Part shown: positions 53,862-62,345 of the stretch, piece after piece
Layout: every line of letters starts with the position of its first letter
Numbering within the stretch: position 1 is the first letter of the stretch
Assembly: GCA_021820465.1 (NCBI GenBank)
Contig: JAKADP010000004.1
Location: 11,319 to 75,318, forward strand
Direction of reading: 5' to 3'
Source of the DNA: Bacillota bacterium
GTDB lineage: Bacteria; Bacillota; Sulfobacillia; Sulfobacillales; JAIMBI01
DNA length: 64,000 nt
The notes under the pieces: generated by a model
What the model was told of the DNA's origin: nothing
Database searches by the model: none
Seen by the model: the letters and a program-made list of their open reading frames with translations, nothing else
Position numbers and translations under genes: made by a program

Positions 53862-55199
53862 ATGGACCTGTTCAGCGCCGCGGGGGAGCAAGATCGGGCG
53901 GCAGCGGCGCCGCTGGCCGAGCGCCTGCGCCCGGAGCGCTTGGTTGATGTGGTGGGCCAGCCCCGGCTGGCGGGACCGGACGGCATTTTGAGCCGCATGG
54001 CGGCGGCGCGCCGGGTGCGGTCGCTGGTGCTGTTTGGCCCACCGGGATCCGGAAAAACCACCCTGGCCCGCGCCCTAGCGCAAGAAGCCGGCCTGGCCTA
54101 CGTGCCGCTTTCAGCGGTGGAGAGCGGTGTGGCGGACGTGCGCCGGCTGGTTGACGGGGCCCGTCAGCGGTGGGCGCAGGAGGGGCGCGGCACCCTGGTG
54201 TTTCTCGACGAAATCCACCGCTTCAACCGAGCCCAGCAGGATGTTCTGCTCCCGCACGTCGAGGACGGCACGGTGGTGCTGGTGGGCGCCACGGCTGAAA
54301 ATCCCTGGGTGAGCCTGAATGCGGCGCTGCTGTCGCGCTGCCTGGCGCTGGAGGTCGCTCCCTTGGCCCCGGCGGATGTGGTCCAGGTGCTGGAGCGCGC
54401 CATGGCGCGGCGCCGCGAGTGGATGCCGGGCGCCTCCGCCACGCCCGCGGCACTCGCCCAAATTGCCGACCGTGCCGGTGGCGACGCCCGTCTGGCGCTT
54501 ACCCTGCTGGAGTGGGCCTGCCTGGCGCTGCCCGGCGGCGTCGACGTGGGGCCGGCCCTGGATGCGCTGTGGGGAGAGGTGCCCCACTACCACGATCGGG
54601 GCGGGGACCGGCACTTCGACCGGGCCTCCGCCTTGATCAAAAGCGTCCGGGGATCCGACCCCGACGCGGCGCTGTTTTGGTTTGGGCAGATGCTGGCGGG
54701 TGGGGAAGATCCGCGGTTCATCGCGCGCCGCCTCATGATCTTGGCCGCCGAGGATGTGGGCCTGGCTGATCCCTGGGCGCTGGTGATGGCTGCGGCGGCG
54801 CATCAGGCGCTGGAGGCGGTGGGCATGCCCGAGGCGCGCATCCCCCTGGCTGAAGCTTTGATCTATTTGGCGCTGGCGCCGAAGTCTGCCAGTGTGGTGG
54901 CGGCGCTGACGTCTTTGGACCGGGCGATCGCCGAGCACGGGGATGCTCCCGTCCCCGACGCCCTCCGCGACGTGAGCTTTCGCCCGGATGTGCGCGGGCG
55001 CCCGGGCCGCACGGGCTACCAGTATCCCCACGACGCCCCCGGCCACTTTCTGCCGACCGCGCACCTCCCCCCGGGCGTGAGGGGAACGCCGTTCTACGTC
55101 CCGTCGGACCAGGGGGCCGAGCCGTCGGTGAGCCGGAGGCTCGCCGAGTGGTCCCGCGCCCGGCGTGAGGCCCTGGACGAATCTCCGCCGTCCCCCTGA
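53862..55199 (+). CDS. rarA: replication-associated recombination protein A (AAA+ ATPase)
   Basis: LAERLRPE..., GPPGSGKTTLARALA, FLDEIHRFN, and a MgsA C-terminal region (…DRHFDRASALIKSVRGSDPDAALFW…). Confidence 0.9.
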   Translation: MDLFSAAGEQDRAAAAPLAERLRPERLVDVVGQPRLAGPDGILSRMAAARRVRSLVLFGPPGSGKTTLARALAQEAGLAYVPLSAVESGVADVRRLVDGARQRWAQEGRGTLVFLDEIHRFNRAQQDVLLPHVEDGTVVLVGATAENPWVSLNAALLSRCLALEVAPLAPADVVQVLERAMARRREWMPGASATPAALAQIADRAGGDARLALTLLEWACLALPGGVDVGPALDALWGEVPHYHDRGGDRHFDRASALIKSVRGSDPDAALFWFGQMLAGGEDPRFIARRLMILAAEDVGLADPWALVMAAAAHQALEAVGMPEARIPLAEALIYLALAPKSASVVAALTSLDRAIAEHGDAPVPDALRDVSFRPDVRGRPGRTGYQYPHDAPGHFLPTAHLPPGVRGTPFYVPSDQGAEPSVSRRLAEWSRARREALDESPPSP

Positions 55200-55302
55200 G
55201 GCGGGAGCGGGGCTCTCCCACCCATCCCGGGCTCTGCTGCGGTCTGGGGTGCTCTGCATGGAAGCGCGGCAATTGGCCACGCTACCGGCGAGGGGGTGGC
55301 GA

Positions 55303-55716
55303 ATGGGTCAGGGGTTCAAAGTGCGTCCCGCCAGCGGTTTGAAGCGCCACCCCGCGCAATCGCTGGCCACCTACCGGACCGGCACGTGGGCGTGGGTGCT
55401 GCACCGGGTGAGCGGGCTGTTAATCTTGGCCTACTTGTACTTTCACCTCATCGTGCTGTCGTCGGACGTCTGGTTCAAAGGAAGCGCCGACTTCAACCGC
55501 GTCGTGGGAGAGCTGACCGCGCCCCCGTTTCTTGTGGCGGACCTCCTGCTGTTTGTCGTCGTCCTGTACCATGCCTTAAACGGCATCCGCATCATGCTGC
55601 TTGACCTCGGATATGGCATCAGACATCAGCGCCAGGTGTTCTGGGGGTTGATGGGGGTTGGTGCGCTGGTGATGGCGGCGGCGTCGGTGGCGCTGTTGCC
55701 CCGGGCGCACCTTTAG
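55303..55716 (+). CDS. sdhC: succinate dehydrogenase cytochrome b subunit
   Basis: Trimmed to MGQGFKV after GAGGGGGTGG. Three TM segments with HRVSG... and ...YHALNGIR heme-ligand contexts. Confidence 0.75.
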   Translation: MGQGFKVRPASGLKRHPAQSLATYRTGTWAWVLHRVSGLLILAYLYFHLIVLSSDVWFKGSADFNRVVGELTAPPFLVADLLLFVVVLYHALNGIRIMLLDLGYGIRHQRQVFWGLMGVGALVMAAASVALLPRAHL

Positions 55717-55718
55717 CC

Positions 55719-56108
55719 GTGGCGTCCAGCAGTCATCCGCCCGCCAGCGGGCAGCGGTCCATGTGGCCCTGGCTGCTTCAGCGGGTATCTGCCGCCTTGC
55801 TGTTGTTCTTTCTCATGGCACACCTGTGGATTGAGCACTTTATGCATCTGGGCGCGCGCATCACCTATCGGAGCGTGCTGGAGCGGCTGCTGCACGGGTT
55901 TTACGTGTTTGTGGACGCGGGGCTCTTGGCCGTCGTGGTGTTCCATGGGCTGAACGGCCTGCGCACGGTGCTGGTGGAAAACACCAATGACCCGGCGGCG
56001 GTGCGCGCTGTGACCACCACCGTCTGGGTGGTGGGTGTCGCCACGTTTGTCTTTGGCATGGACGTGCTGTCGCCGTTTCTCTTTGGGCATCCCTGGTTTC
56101 GACTCTGA
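55719..56108 (+). CDS. sdhD: succinate dehydrogenase hydrophobic membrane anchor subunit
   Basis: 129 aa with three TM segments, positioned between sdhC and sdhB. Confidence 0.65.
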   Translation: MASSSHPPASGQRSMWPWLLQRVSAALLLFFLMAHLWIEHFMHLGARITYRSVLERLLHGFYVFVDAGLLAVVVFHGLNGLRTVLVENTNDPAAVRAVTTTVWVVGVATFVFGMDVLSPFLFGHPWFRL

Positions 56109-56135
56109 TAGGGCCTCGAGGCAGCGGGCAAGGGG

Positions 56136-56927
56136 GTGGGGACTGTGGGGAGTCACGTGGTATTTCAAGTGATGCGGTACGATCCGCGCCGTGATGTGGA
56201 GCCATATTGGGCGGAGTACGACGTGCCGGTGGACGAGGGCGATACCGTCCTCATGGGCCTCATGCGGATTCGCGAGAGCCTGGACGGCTCCCTGGCGTTT
56301 CGGGCGTCGTGCCGGTCGGGCATCTGTGGCTCAGACGGGATGGTGATCAACGGCCGGAGCCAACTGGCGTGCAAGACGCAGGTGGCCGCGATGGTGGCGG
56401 TGCGCGGCCGCGTAGTGCTGGAGCCGCTCCGCAACCTGCGCTACGTGAAGGATCTGGTGGTGGACCAAACGCCATTCTGGAAGAAATTTCGGCGGGTCGA
56501 GCCGTACCTCATGCCGGCAGCGGCTCCTCCCGCCGCGGAGCGCCGGATGACGATGCCCCAAGATGCCTTTGACCTTCTGTCGAAGGCCTCGGACTGCATC
56601 TTCTGCGAAATTTGCTACTCCGAGTGCCCTATCAACGGGATTGACCGGGGGTTTCTGGGTCCCCAGGCCCTGATCAAGGCGTTTCGCTTCGAGTTTGACC
56701 CGCGGGACGACGGGGCCGCCGCGCGCTTGGCGCCCCTGTCAAATGTCGAGGGCGTGTGGGGGTGCCGCACCGTCTTCAACTGCACCGATGCGTGTCCCAA
56801 AGGGATTCCCATCACTGAAGGCATTCAGCGATTGAAGAGGAAGCTGGTGGCTGAGACGCTCGCCGGGATGCAGCCTGCGTATCGGAGCCCCGAGCCGGTT
56901 GAGGGGCCTGAGGTGGCATCCTCGTGA
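56136..56927 (+). CDS. sdhB: succinate dehydrogenase iron-sulfur subunit
   Basis: CRSGICGSDG...C ([2Fe-2S]), CIFCEICYSECP ([4Fe-4S]) and CRTVFNCTDACPKGI ([3Fe-4S]). Confidence 0.9.
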   Translation: MGTVGSHVVFQVMRYDPRRDVEPYWAEYDVPVDEGDTVLMGLMRIRESLDGSLAFRASCRSGICGSDGMVINGRSQLACKTQVAAMVAVRGRVVLEPLRNLRYVKDLVVDQTPFWKKFRRVEPYLMPAAAPPAAERRMTMPQDAFDLLSKASDCIFCEICYSECPINGIDRGFLGPQALIKAFRFEFDPRDDGAAARLAPLSNVEGVWGCRTVFNCTDACPKGIPITEGIQRLKRKLVAETLAGMQPAYRSPEPVEGPEVASS

Positions 56928-58633
56928 CCACCACAGGAAAAATTCCCAAGGTCGACCAGACCAAGAGCTACGACGTGCTGGTGGTCGGTGCCGGGTTGGC
57001 GGGGCTGCGCGCCGCGCTGGCCGTTGATCCGGAGCTGCAGTGCGTGGTCCTATCCAAGGTCTACCCGGTGCGGTCCCACTCGGTGGCCGCCCAGGGGGGC
57101 ATCAACGCGGCGCTGGACGCGGAGGATCGCTGGCAGGACCACGCCTACGACACCATCAAGGGCAGCGACTATTTGGCGGACCAGGATGCCGCGGAATTTC
57201 TGTGTCAAGACGCGGCGCGCGCCGTGTATGAAATGGAACACTGGGGCACCTTGTTCTCGCGGCGGCCGGATGGCCGCATTGCGCAGCGGTCGTTTGGCGG
57301 CCAAGGGTACCCGCGGGCGTGCTATGCTGCCGACAAGACCGGGCGAGCGCTGTATCAGACGCTGTTTGAGCGGGCCGTGGCGCAGAACATCACCGTGTTT
57401 GAAGAATTTTTTGTCCTGGCGCTGGCGGTGGCCGAAGATCGCGTGGCGGGCGTGCTGGCGATCGAAATCGCCTCGGGTCGACTCATTGCCATCCCCGCAC
57501 GCGCGGTCATTTTTGCGACCGGAGGGGCGGGCATGCTGTATGCGCGCACCACCAATCCCTACATCGCGACCGGGGATGGGCTGGCCATTGCCTATCGGGC
57601 GGGCGTGCCCTTGAAAGACATGGAGTTCATCCAGTTCCACCCGACCACCCTGCCGGGCATGAACGTGCTGATCACGGAAGGCGCGCGCGGCGAAGGCGGG
57701 TACCTGGTCAACGCCGAACACGACCGCTTCATGGCCCGCTACGCCCCCAAGCTGATGGAAGTGGCTCCCCGAGACATTGTGTCTCGCGCCATCGAGACCG
57801 AGATTATGGAGGGGCGGGGCTTTGCCGACGGCTCGGTGCATCTGGACTTGCGCCACCTGGGCGAAGATTTGATTCGCCACCGGCTGTCGGAGATTTACGA
57901 CTTTGCCATCACGTATCGGGGCATCAATCCCGTCCATGACCCCATTCCGGTCCAGCCCGGACAGCACTACATCATGGGAGGCATTGCCACAGGGCTGGAG
58001 GGGCAAACGCGTCTCCCCGGCTTCTATGCCGCCGGGGAGTGTGCGGCGGTCAGCGTTCACGGAGCCAACCGGCTGGGGGCCAACTCCCTATTGGATACTT
58101 TGGTGTTCGGCCGGCAGGCGGGGCTGGCAGCCACGCGCTTCTGCCGGCAGGAGACCAAGGCGCCCCCCATTCCGGAGGCCAGCTGGCAGCGATGGCAGGA
58201 CCACCTCGCGGCGCTGCGCAGCCGCCGCGCGACCGAGCACTACGGACCGATTCGGGCCCGGCTTCGGGCGACCATGACCGACCATGCGGGCACGTTTCGC
58301 GATCGCAAGCGGCTGGAGGCTGCCCGCAGGGAGGTGGCAGCCCTTCGCGAAGCGTACCAGCACGCTGGGGTGATGGATCGGGGCGACGTGTTCAACTACG
58401 ACCTGCTGGCATTTGTGGAAACAGGTTTTCTCTTGGACCTAGCGGCCACGGTGGTGGAAGGAGCGCTGGTGCGCGAGGAGAGCCGCGGGGCCCACTGGCG
58501 CATCGATTTTCCGGCCCGCAACGACGAGCAGTTTCTCAAGCACTTTTTGTTTTCGTGGAGCCCCGATGGGCCGGTCCTGGGAGAGGCGCCTGTCGCCATC
58601 ACCCACTACGCGCCGAAGCCGCGCACGTACTGA
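56924..58633 (+). CDS. sdhA: succinate dehydrogenase flavoprotein subunit
   Basis: VVGAGLAGLRAA FAD fold, the SHSVAAQGG covalent-FAD histidine context, and HGANRLGANSLLD. Confidence 0.95.
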   Translation: MTTTGKIPKVDQTKSYDVLVVGAGLAGLRAALAVDPELQCVVLSKVYPVRSHSVAAQGGINAALDAEDRWQDHAYDTIKGSDYLADQDAAEFLCQDAARAVYEMEHWGTLFSRRPDGRIAQRSFGGQGYPRACYAADKTGRALYQTLFERAVAQNITVFEEFFVLALAVAEDRVAGVLAIEIASGRLIAIPARAVIFATGGAGMLYARTTNPYIATGDGLAIAYRAGVPLKDMEFIQFHPTTLPGMNVLITEGARGEGGYLVNAEHDRFMARYAPKLMEVAPRDIVSRAIETEIMEGRGFADGSVHLDLRHLGEDLIRHRLSEIYDFAITYRGINPVHDPIPVQPGQHYIMGGIATGLEGQTRLPGFYAAGECAAVSVHGANRLGANSLLDTLVFGRQAGLAATRFCRQETKAPPIPEASWQRWQDHLAALRSRRATEHYGPIRARLRATMTDHAGTFRDRKRLEAARREVAALREAYQHAGVMDRGDVFNYDLLAFVETGFLLDLAATVVEGALVREESRGAHWRIDFPARNDEQFLKHFLFSWSPDGPVLGEAPVAITHYAPKPRTY

Positions 58634-58651
58634 CACTGCCCCTCGGGAGCA

Positions 58652-58680
58652 TTGACCCTCTCCCGCCGTCGTGATAATCT
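58652..58680 (+). promoter_or_regulatory. sigma-A-like promoter (TTGACC-17 nt-TGaTAATCT) upstream of the Rrf2 regulator
   Basis: -35 at 58652-57, and an extended -10 with its hexamer at 58675-80. Confidence 0.5.
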
Positions 58681-58736
58681 GACATGACAGCTTGGGATGG
58701 CAGGCACGGGGGCCGCGCGGACGAAGAGGTGGCGAG

Positions 58737-59204
58737 ATGCTCAGAATTTCGAGCCGCGGTCGGTACGGCGTTAAAGTTGTGTTTGAGTTGGCGCGCCACT
58801 ACGGGAAGGCGCCCGTGCCGCTGGCGGTGCTGGCGAGGACCCAGGGGGTGCCGGAGCCATATCTGGAGCAGCTGATGCCCGGCTTGAAGCGGGCAGGCTT
58901 GGTGCAGGCGGCACGCGGCGCTCAGGGTGGGTATCGGCTGTCGCGGCCTCCGGCGGGGGTCACCGTGGGTGATGTCGTGCGCGCGCTGGAAGGACCCATC
59001 CATTTGACGACGTGCACCTCGGACGATGCCGAGGACTGCCCGGCGCTGTTGGAGTGCATTGGTCCGGACGTTTGGTCGCGCGTGCAGGAAGTCCTGGTGG
59101 CGGCCATGGATGGGATGACATTTGATGAGCTGCTGTTCCGCCAGCGGAGCGCCACGGCGCCTTGGCAGGAGCCGGTGGCAGAGAAAGTGGGGGGGGGACC
59201 ATGA
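58737..59204 (+). CDS. Rrf2-family transcriptional regulator (IscR/CymR-like)
   Basis: Trimmed to MLRISSRGRYGVK... Winged HTH, plus a C-terminal Cys cluster (TTCTSDDAEDCPALLEC) suggesting Fe-S ligation. Confidence 0.85.
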   Translation: MLRISSRGRYGVKVVFELARHYGKAPVPLAVLARTQGVPEPYLEQLMPGLKRAGLVQAARGAQGGYRLSRPPAGVTVGDVVRALEGPIHLTTCTSDDAEDCPALLECIGPDVWSRVQEVLVAAMDGMTFDELLFRQRSATAPWQEPVAEKVGGGP

Positions 59205-60265
59205 CGCGCGGCCGCGTAGCGGTGGGGATGAGCGGCGGCGTCGACTCTTCGGCGGCCGCCGCTTTGCTGTTGGAGCAGGGCTACGACGTTGTGGGCGTGA
59301 CGATGCGCCACCTCCCGCCCGAAGCCGCCAACAGCTGCTGTTCGCTGGAAGCGCTGGTGGATGCCCGCCGCGTGGCCAAGAAGCTCGGCATTGAGCACCA
59401 CGTGGTGGATGTCGAGTCCGCCTTCACGGAACACGTGATTCGGCCCTTCGAAGAGGCGTACCTGGGGGGGCAGACGCCGAACCCGTGTGCCGCTTGCAAC
59501 CGGTACGTCAAGTTTGGCGCGCTGTGGGACTGGGCGGCGGCCGCGGGCGCCGACCACATCGCCACCGGGCATTTTGCTCGCGTCGTGCGGGCGGCCGACC
59601 ATTGGGAGCTGTGGCGGGGCACGGAGATGAGCAAGGACCAGAGCTACATTCTCTATACGCTGGGCCAAGCGGACCTGGCGCACATTCTCCTGCCGCTAGG
59701 CGACTGGACCAAAGCTGCGGTGCGGGCTTATGCGGAGGAGCGCGGCTTGGTGACGGCTCACAAGGCCGAGAGCCAGGAGCTGTGCTTCGTTGCCCAGAAT
59801 GATTATCGGCGCTACCTGGAGGAGCACCGGCCCGAGGCTCGGGCCGTGGGGGAGATTGTCGATACGAAGGGCCAGCAGCTGGGCCGCCACGGTGGGATCG
59901 CGTTCTTCACCGTCGGGCAACGGCGCGGCCTAGGCGTGCAGGCTCCCACGCCGCTCTACGTCGTGGGTGTCGATGCCGCCGCCAATCGGGTGGTGGTGGG
60001 CACGCGGGAGGAGGCCCTGGCGCGCGCGGCGGCCGTCACTGCCGTGCATTACCCCGATGGGCAGGTGCCGCCGGTGGTCACGGGTCACGTCCGCGTGCGG
60101 GCGCACGCGGCGGAGGCACCGGCGGTATGGCGCCCGGTGGGCAGCGACCGGGCGGCGGTAGAATTTGTGGAGCCCGAGTGGGCGGTGACGCCTGGTCAGG
60201 TGGCGGTGCTGTACGACGGCCCGCACCTAGTAGCCGGGGGTCGGATTGAGCGGGTGACGGCATGA
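59201..60265 (+). CDS. mnmA: tRNA 2-thiouridine(34) synthase
   Basis: VAVGMSGGVDSS PP-loop, …NPCAACNRYVKF…, …SKDQSYIL…. ATGA overlap with the Rrf2 stop. Confidence 0.9.
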   Translation: MTRGRVAVGMSGGVDSSAAAALLLEQGYDVVGVTMRHLPPEAANSCCSLEALVDARRVAKKLGIEHHVVDVESAFTEHVIRPFEEAYLGGQTPNPCAACNRYVKFGALWDWAAAAGADHIATGHFARVVRAADHWELWRGTEMSKDQSYILYTLGQADLAHILLPLGDWTKAAVRAYAEERGLVTAHKAESQELCFVAQNDYRRYLEEHRPEARAVGEIVDTKGQQLGRHGGIAFFTVGQRRGLGVQAPTPLYVVGVDAAANRVVVGTREEALARAAAVTAVHYPDGQVPPVVTGHVRVRAHAAEAPAVWRPVGSDRAAVEFVEPEWAVTPGQVAVLYDGPHLVAGGRIERVTA

Positions 60266-60732
60266 CGAGGTGGCAGCTGCTGAACCTCCCGGTGCACCTG
60301 GGCGAGCGGCCTGAACCCTGGGGCACCGTGGCGGCGTTATGGTTTGTGTGGGAGGCCCGCCGTGTCGGCGGCTTGGGGGTGGTGTCCCGCTGGCGGCGGC
60401 GCTGGGATGTCCCGTTCGATCCGGCCCTTCGGATCGACTGGCGCGGTGTATGGGTGCCGGGGCCAGCGTGGCTCCGGCCGGCGACGGCTCGGGGCTGGCG
60501 GGTCCGCCGGGGCCAGGATCGCCAAGGCTGGCCCTTGGGCGCGGGGGGGCAGGTCCTCGGGCGATTAAAGGACGTGGCGTTTGACCCGGCCACCGGAGCG
60601 GTGGTGCAGTGGTGGTTGTCGCGCGGGCGGTTGGCGGATGTACTGGACGGCATGGTTTCGGTCCCGGCGTCGGCGGTGTCGGAGGACGGCAGCGGTATAA
60701 GCTGGATGTCAACAGGAGATGCTGTCCGCTGA
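60262..60732 (+). CDS. PRC-barrel-like protein (hypothetical)
   Basis: ATGA overlap with mnmA. …GQVLGRLKDVAFDPATGAVVQWWL… resembles the PRC-barrel core. Weak call. Confidence 0.45.
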   Translation: MTRWQLLNLPVHLGERPEPWGTVAALWFVWEARRVGGLGVVSRWRRRWDVPFDPALRIDWRGVWVPGPAWLRPATARGWRVRRGQDRQGWPLGAGGQVLGRLKDVAFDPATGAVVQWWLSRGRLADVLDGMVSVPASAVSEDGSGISWMSTGDAVR

Positions 60733-60759
60733 CGGGGAACCGTCGGGGGGGATGCTTTC

Positions 60760-60963
60760 ATGGCGATGATGCCCGATGTGCTGTGCCCGGGGTGCCGGGG
60801 CAAGAACGTAGGCAAAGTGGGGACCGGGCAATTTTATTGCTGGGATTGCTACATAGAATTTCAGGTGTCCGCGCGCGGCACCCGGCTGTACCGCGTCGAA
60901 TCCGATGGCGAGTTGTCGCGGATTGAGCGGCTGGAGGGCTTGGGCCACGAGGTGGTCTCGTGA
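60760..60963 (+). CDS. small zinc-ribbon protein (CPGC...CWDC)
   Basis: 67 aa, G-rich SD 8 nt upstream, four Cys arranged in two CxxC pairs. Confidence 0.55.
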   Translation: MAMMPDVLCPGCRGKNVGKVGTGQFYCWDCYIEFQVSARGTRLYRVESDGELSRIERLEGLGHEVVS

Positions 60964-61163
60964 AAAGCTACGTGCGGGGCCTGCTCGCCGGGGCGGTGCT
61001 GGGGGCGGTGGCGTGGAACGTGGTGCGCCGCCGTATGGCGCCACCGCGGCGGCTGGCCGCCCGCCTCGCGTGGCGCGCCGGCCGGCGTGTGGCGCCTCAG
61101 GCCGTACGGCTCACGCGCCACGGAGGGCGCCGCCTGCTGCGCATGGCCCGCCGCATCGGCTAG
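60960..61163 (+). CDS. small membrane protein with Arg-rich tail (hypothetical)
   Basis: GTGA overlap with the previous stop, GAGGTGG SD, one TM, G/C-rich third positions. Confidence 0.4.
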   Translation: MKSYVRGLLAGAVLGAVAWNVVRRRMAPPRRLAARLAWRAGRRVAPQAVRLTRHGGRRLLRMARRIG

Positions 61164-61172
61164 CCGGGCTCG

Positions 61173-62261
61173 GTGAAGCGGCGCGGCCCGCCGGCCGGGC
61201 CCGCGAGCGCGGCGTGGGTCCCCGGTGCCTCTGCCCGCGTGCGGTGGGCGTACTTGGCGGCACTGTGCCTCGGCGGCGCGCTGCTCCTCTGGTGGGCGGG
61301 GCGGGCGCTGTTGCCGCTGGGGTTTGCCGCGGTGCTGGCATACGTGCTGGCCCCGTTTGTGACGTGGCTCGAGCACCGGCGGATCCACCGCGTGGTGGGG
61401 ATTCTGGTCAGCTACGCGCTGCTGGGTCTGTTCGCGGTGGCACTGGCCCTCTATCTAATCCCGCTGGCCGCTCGCCAGGCGGGCGCCTTGGTGATCCGGC
61501 TGCCGGCGCTGGCCGCCAAGGCGCAAGCCACCTGGGCCCGCTACTTGGCGATGTTTCATCAGGCGCCGCTGCCGGCTGCGTTGCGCGGGGCCCTCAATCA
61601 CCTCGCGGCGAGTGCAGACGCACGTGTCGCCCACGCGCTGGGGGTCACGCTGACCGCGGCCGTCTCGGTCGTGCCCTGGGTGGTGGCCGCGGCCGTTGCG
61701 CCCGTGCTGGCGTTCTACGCGCTGAAGGATGCCCGTGCCATTCGCGCGCGAGTGTGGAACGTCGTGCCGCTCGACTGGCAGCCGGCGGTGTTCAAGTGGG
61801 GTCGGGACTTGGACCGCGCCTTGGGTGGCTACATTCGGGGGCAGTTGCTGGTGGCCCTGCTGGTGGGGCTCTTAGCCGGAATCTGGTCGTTTGCGCTGGG
61901 GATTCCCTTTCCCGTCCTAATCGCGCTGGCCGCCGCGGTGACTGATGTCGTGCCTTACATCGGGCCCGTGGTGGGGGCGCTGCCGGCCGTGGCGCTGGGC
62001 CTGCTGCAGTCGCCGTGGACGGCGCTCTACGCCGCGTTGGGCTTTGTGGCCATCCATCAGGTGGAGGGTACGGTGCTGGGGCCCCAAGTGGTGGGAGAGG
62101 CCGTGGGCCTGCACCCGCTGGTCATCGTGCTGGTGGTCCTCATCGGGGCTCAGGCGGCGGGCTTGCTGGGGATGGTCGTGGCCGTCCCGGTGGCCGCGGC
62201 GTTGCGGATCACGGCCGAGCATCTGTATCGCGTCATCGCCCAGGGCGCGCCGCGGCGCTGA
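61173..62261 (+). CDS. AI-2E family transporter (PerM/UPF0118)
   Basis: Eight TM segments and a conserved C-terminal ...HPLVIVLVVLIGAQAAGLLGMVVAVPVAA. Start ambiguous (GTG 61173 or 61239). Confidence 0.85.
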   Translation: MKRRGPPAGPASAAWVPGASARVRWAYLAALCLGGALLLWWAGRALLPLGFAAVLAYVLAPFVTWLEHRRIHRVVGILVSYALLGLFAVALALYLIPLAARQAGALVIRLPALAAKAQATWARYLAMFHQAPLPAALRGALNHLAASADARVAHALGVTLTAAVSVVPWVVAAAVAPVLAFYALKDARAIRARVWNVVPLDWQPAVFKWGRDLDRALGGYIRGQLLVALLVGLLAGIWSFALGIPFPVLIALAAAVTDVVPYIGPVVGALPAVALGLLQSPWTALYAALGFVAIHQVEGTVLGPQVVGEAVGLHPLVIVLVVLIGAQAAGLLGMVVAVPVAAALRITAEHLYRVIAQGAPRR

Positions 62262-62345
62262 CGCGTGCGGTGGTGGCCGAGCGGGGGCGGCCGTAGTACA
62301 CTGGAAGCCTTCGCCCAAGAGTGGCCGATGGACCGGAGGGAGCGC

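Noticed and set aside
62262-62345. Looked for T-box leaders or other riboswitches upstream of alaS, hisS and aspS, as in Bacillus.
   Set aside because: The intergenic spaces are only 84, 26 and 0 nt (aspS overlaps hisS), too short for a T-box, and no specifier or terminator-antiterminator pattern is visible.
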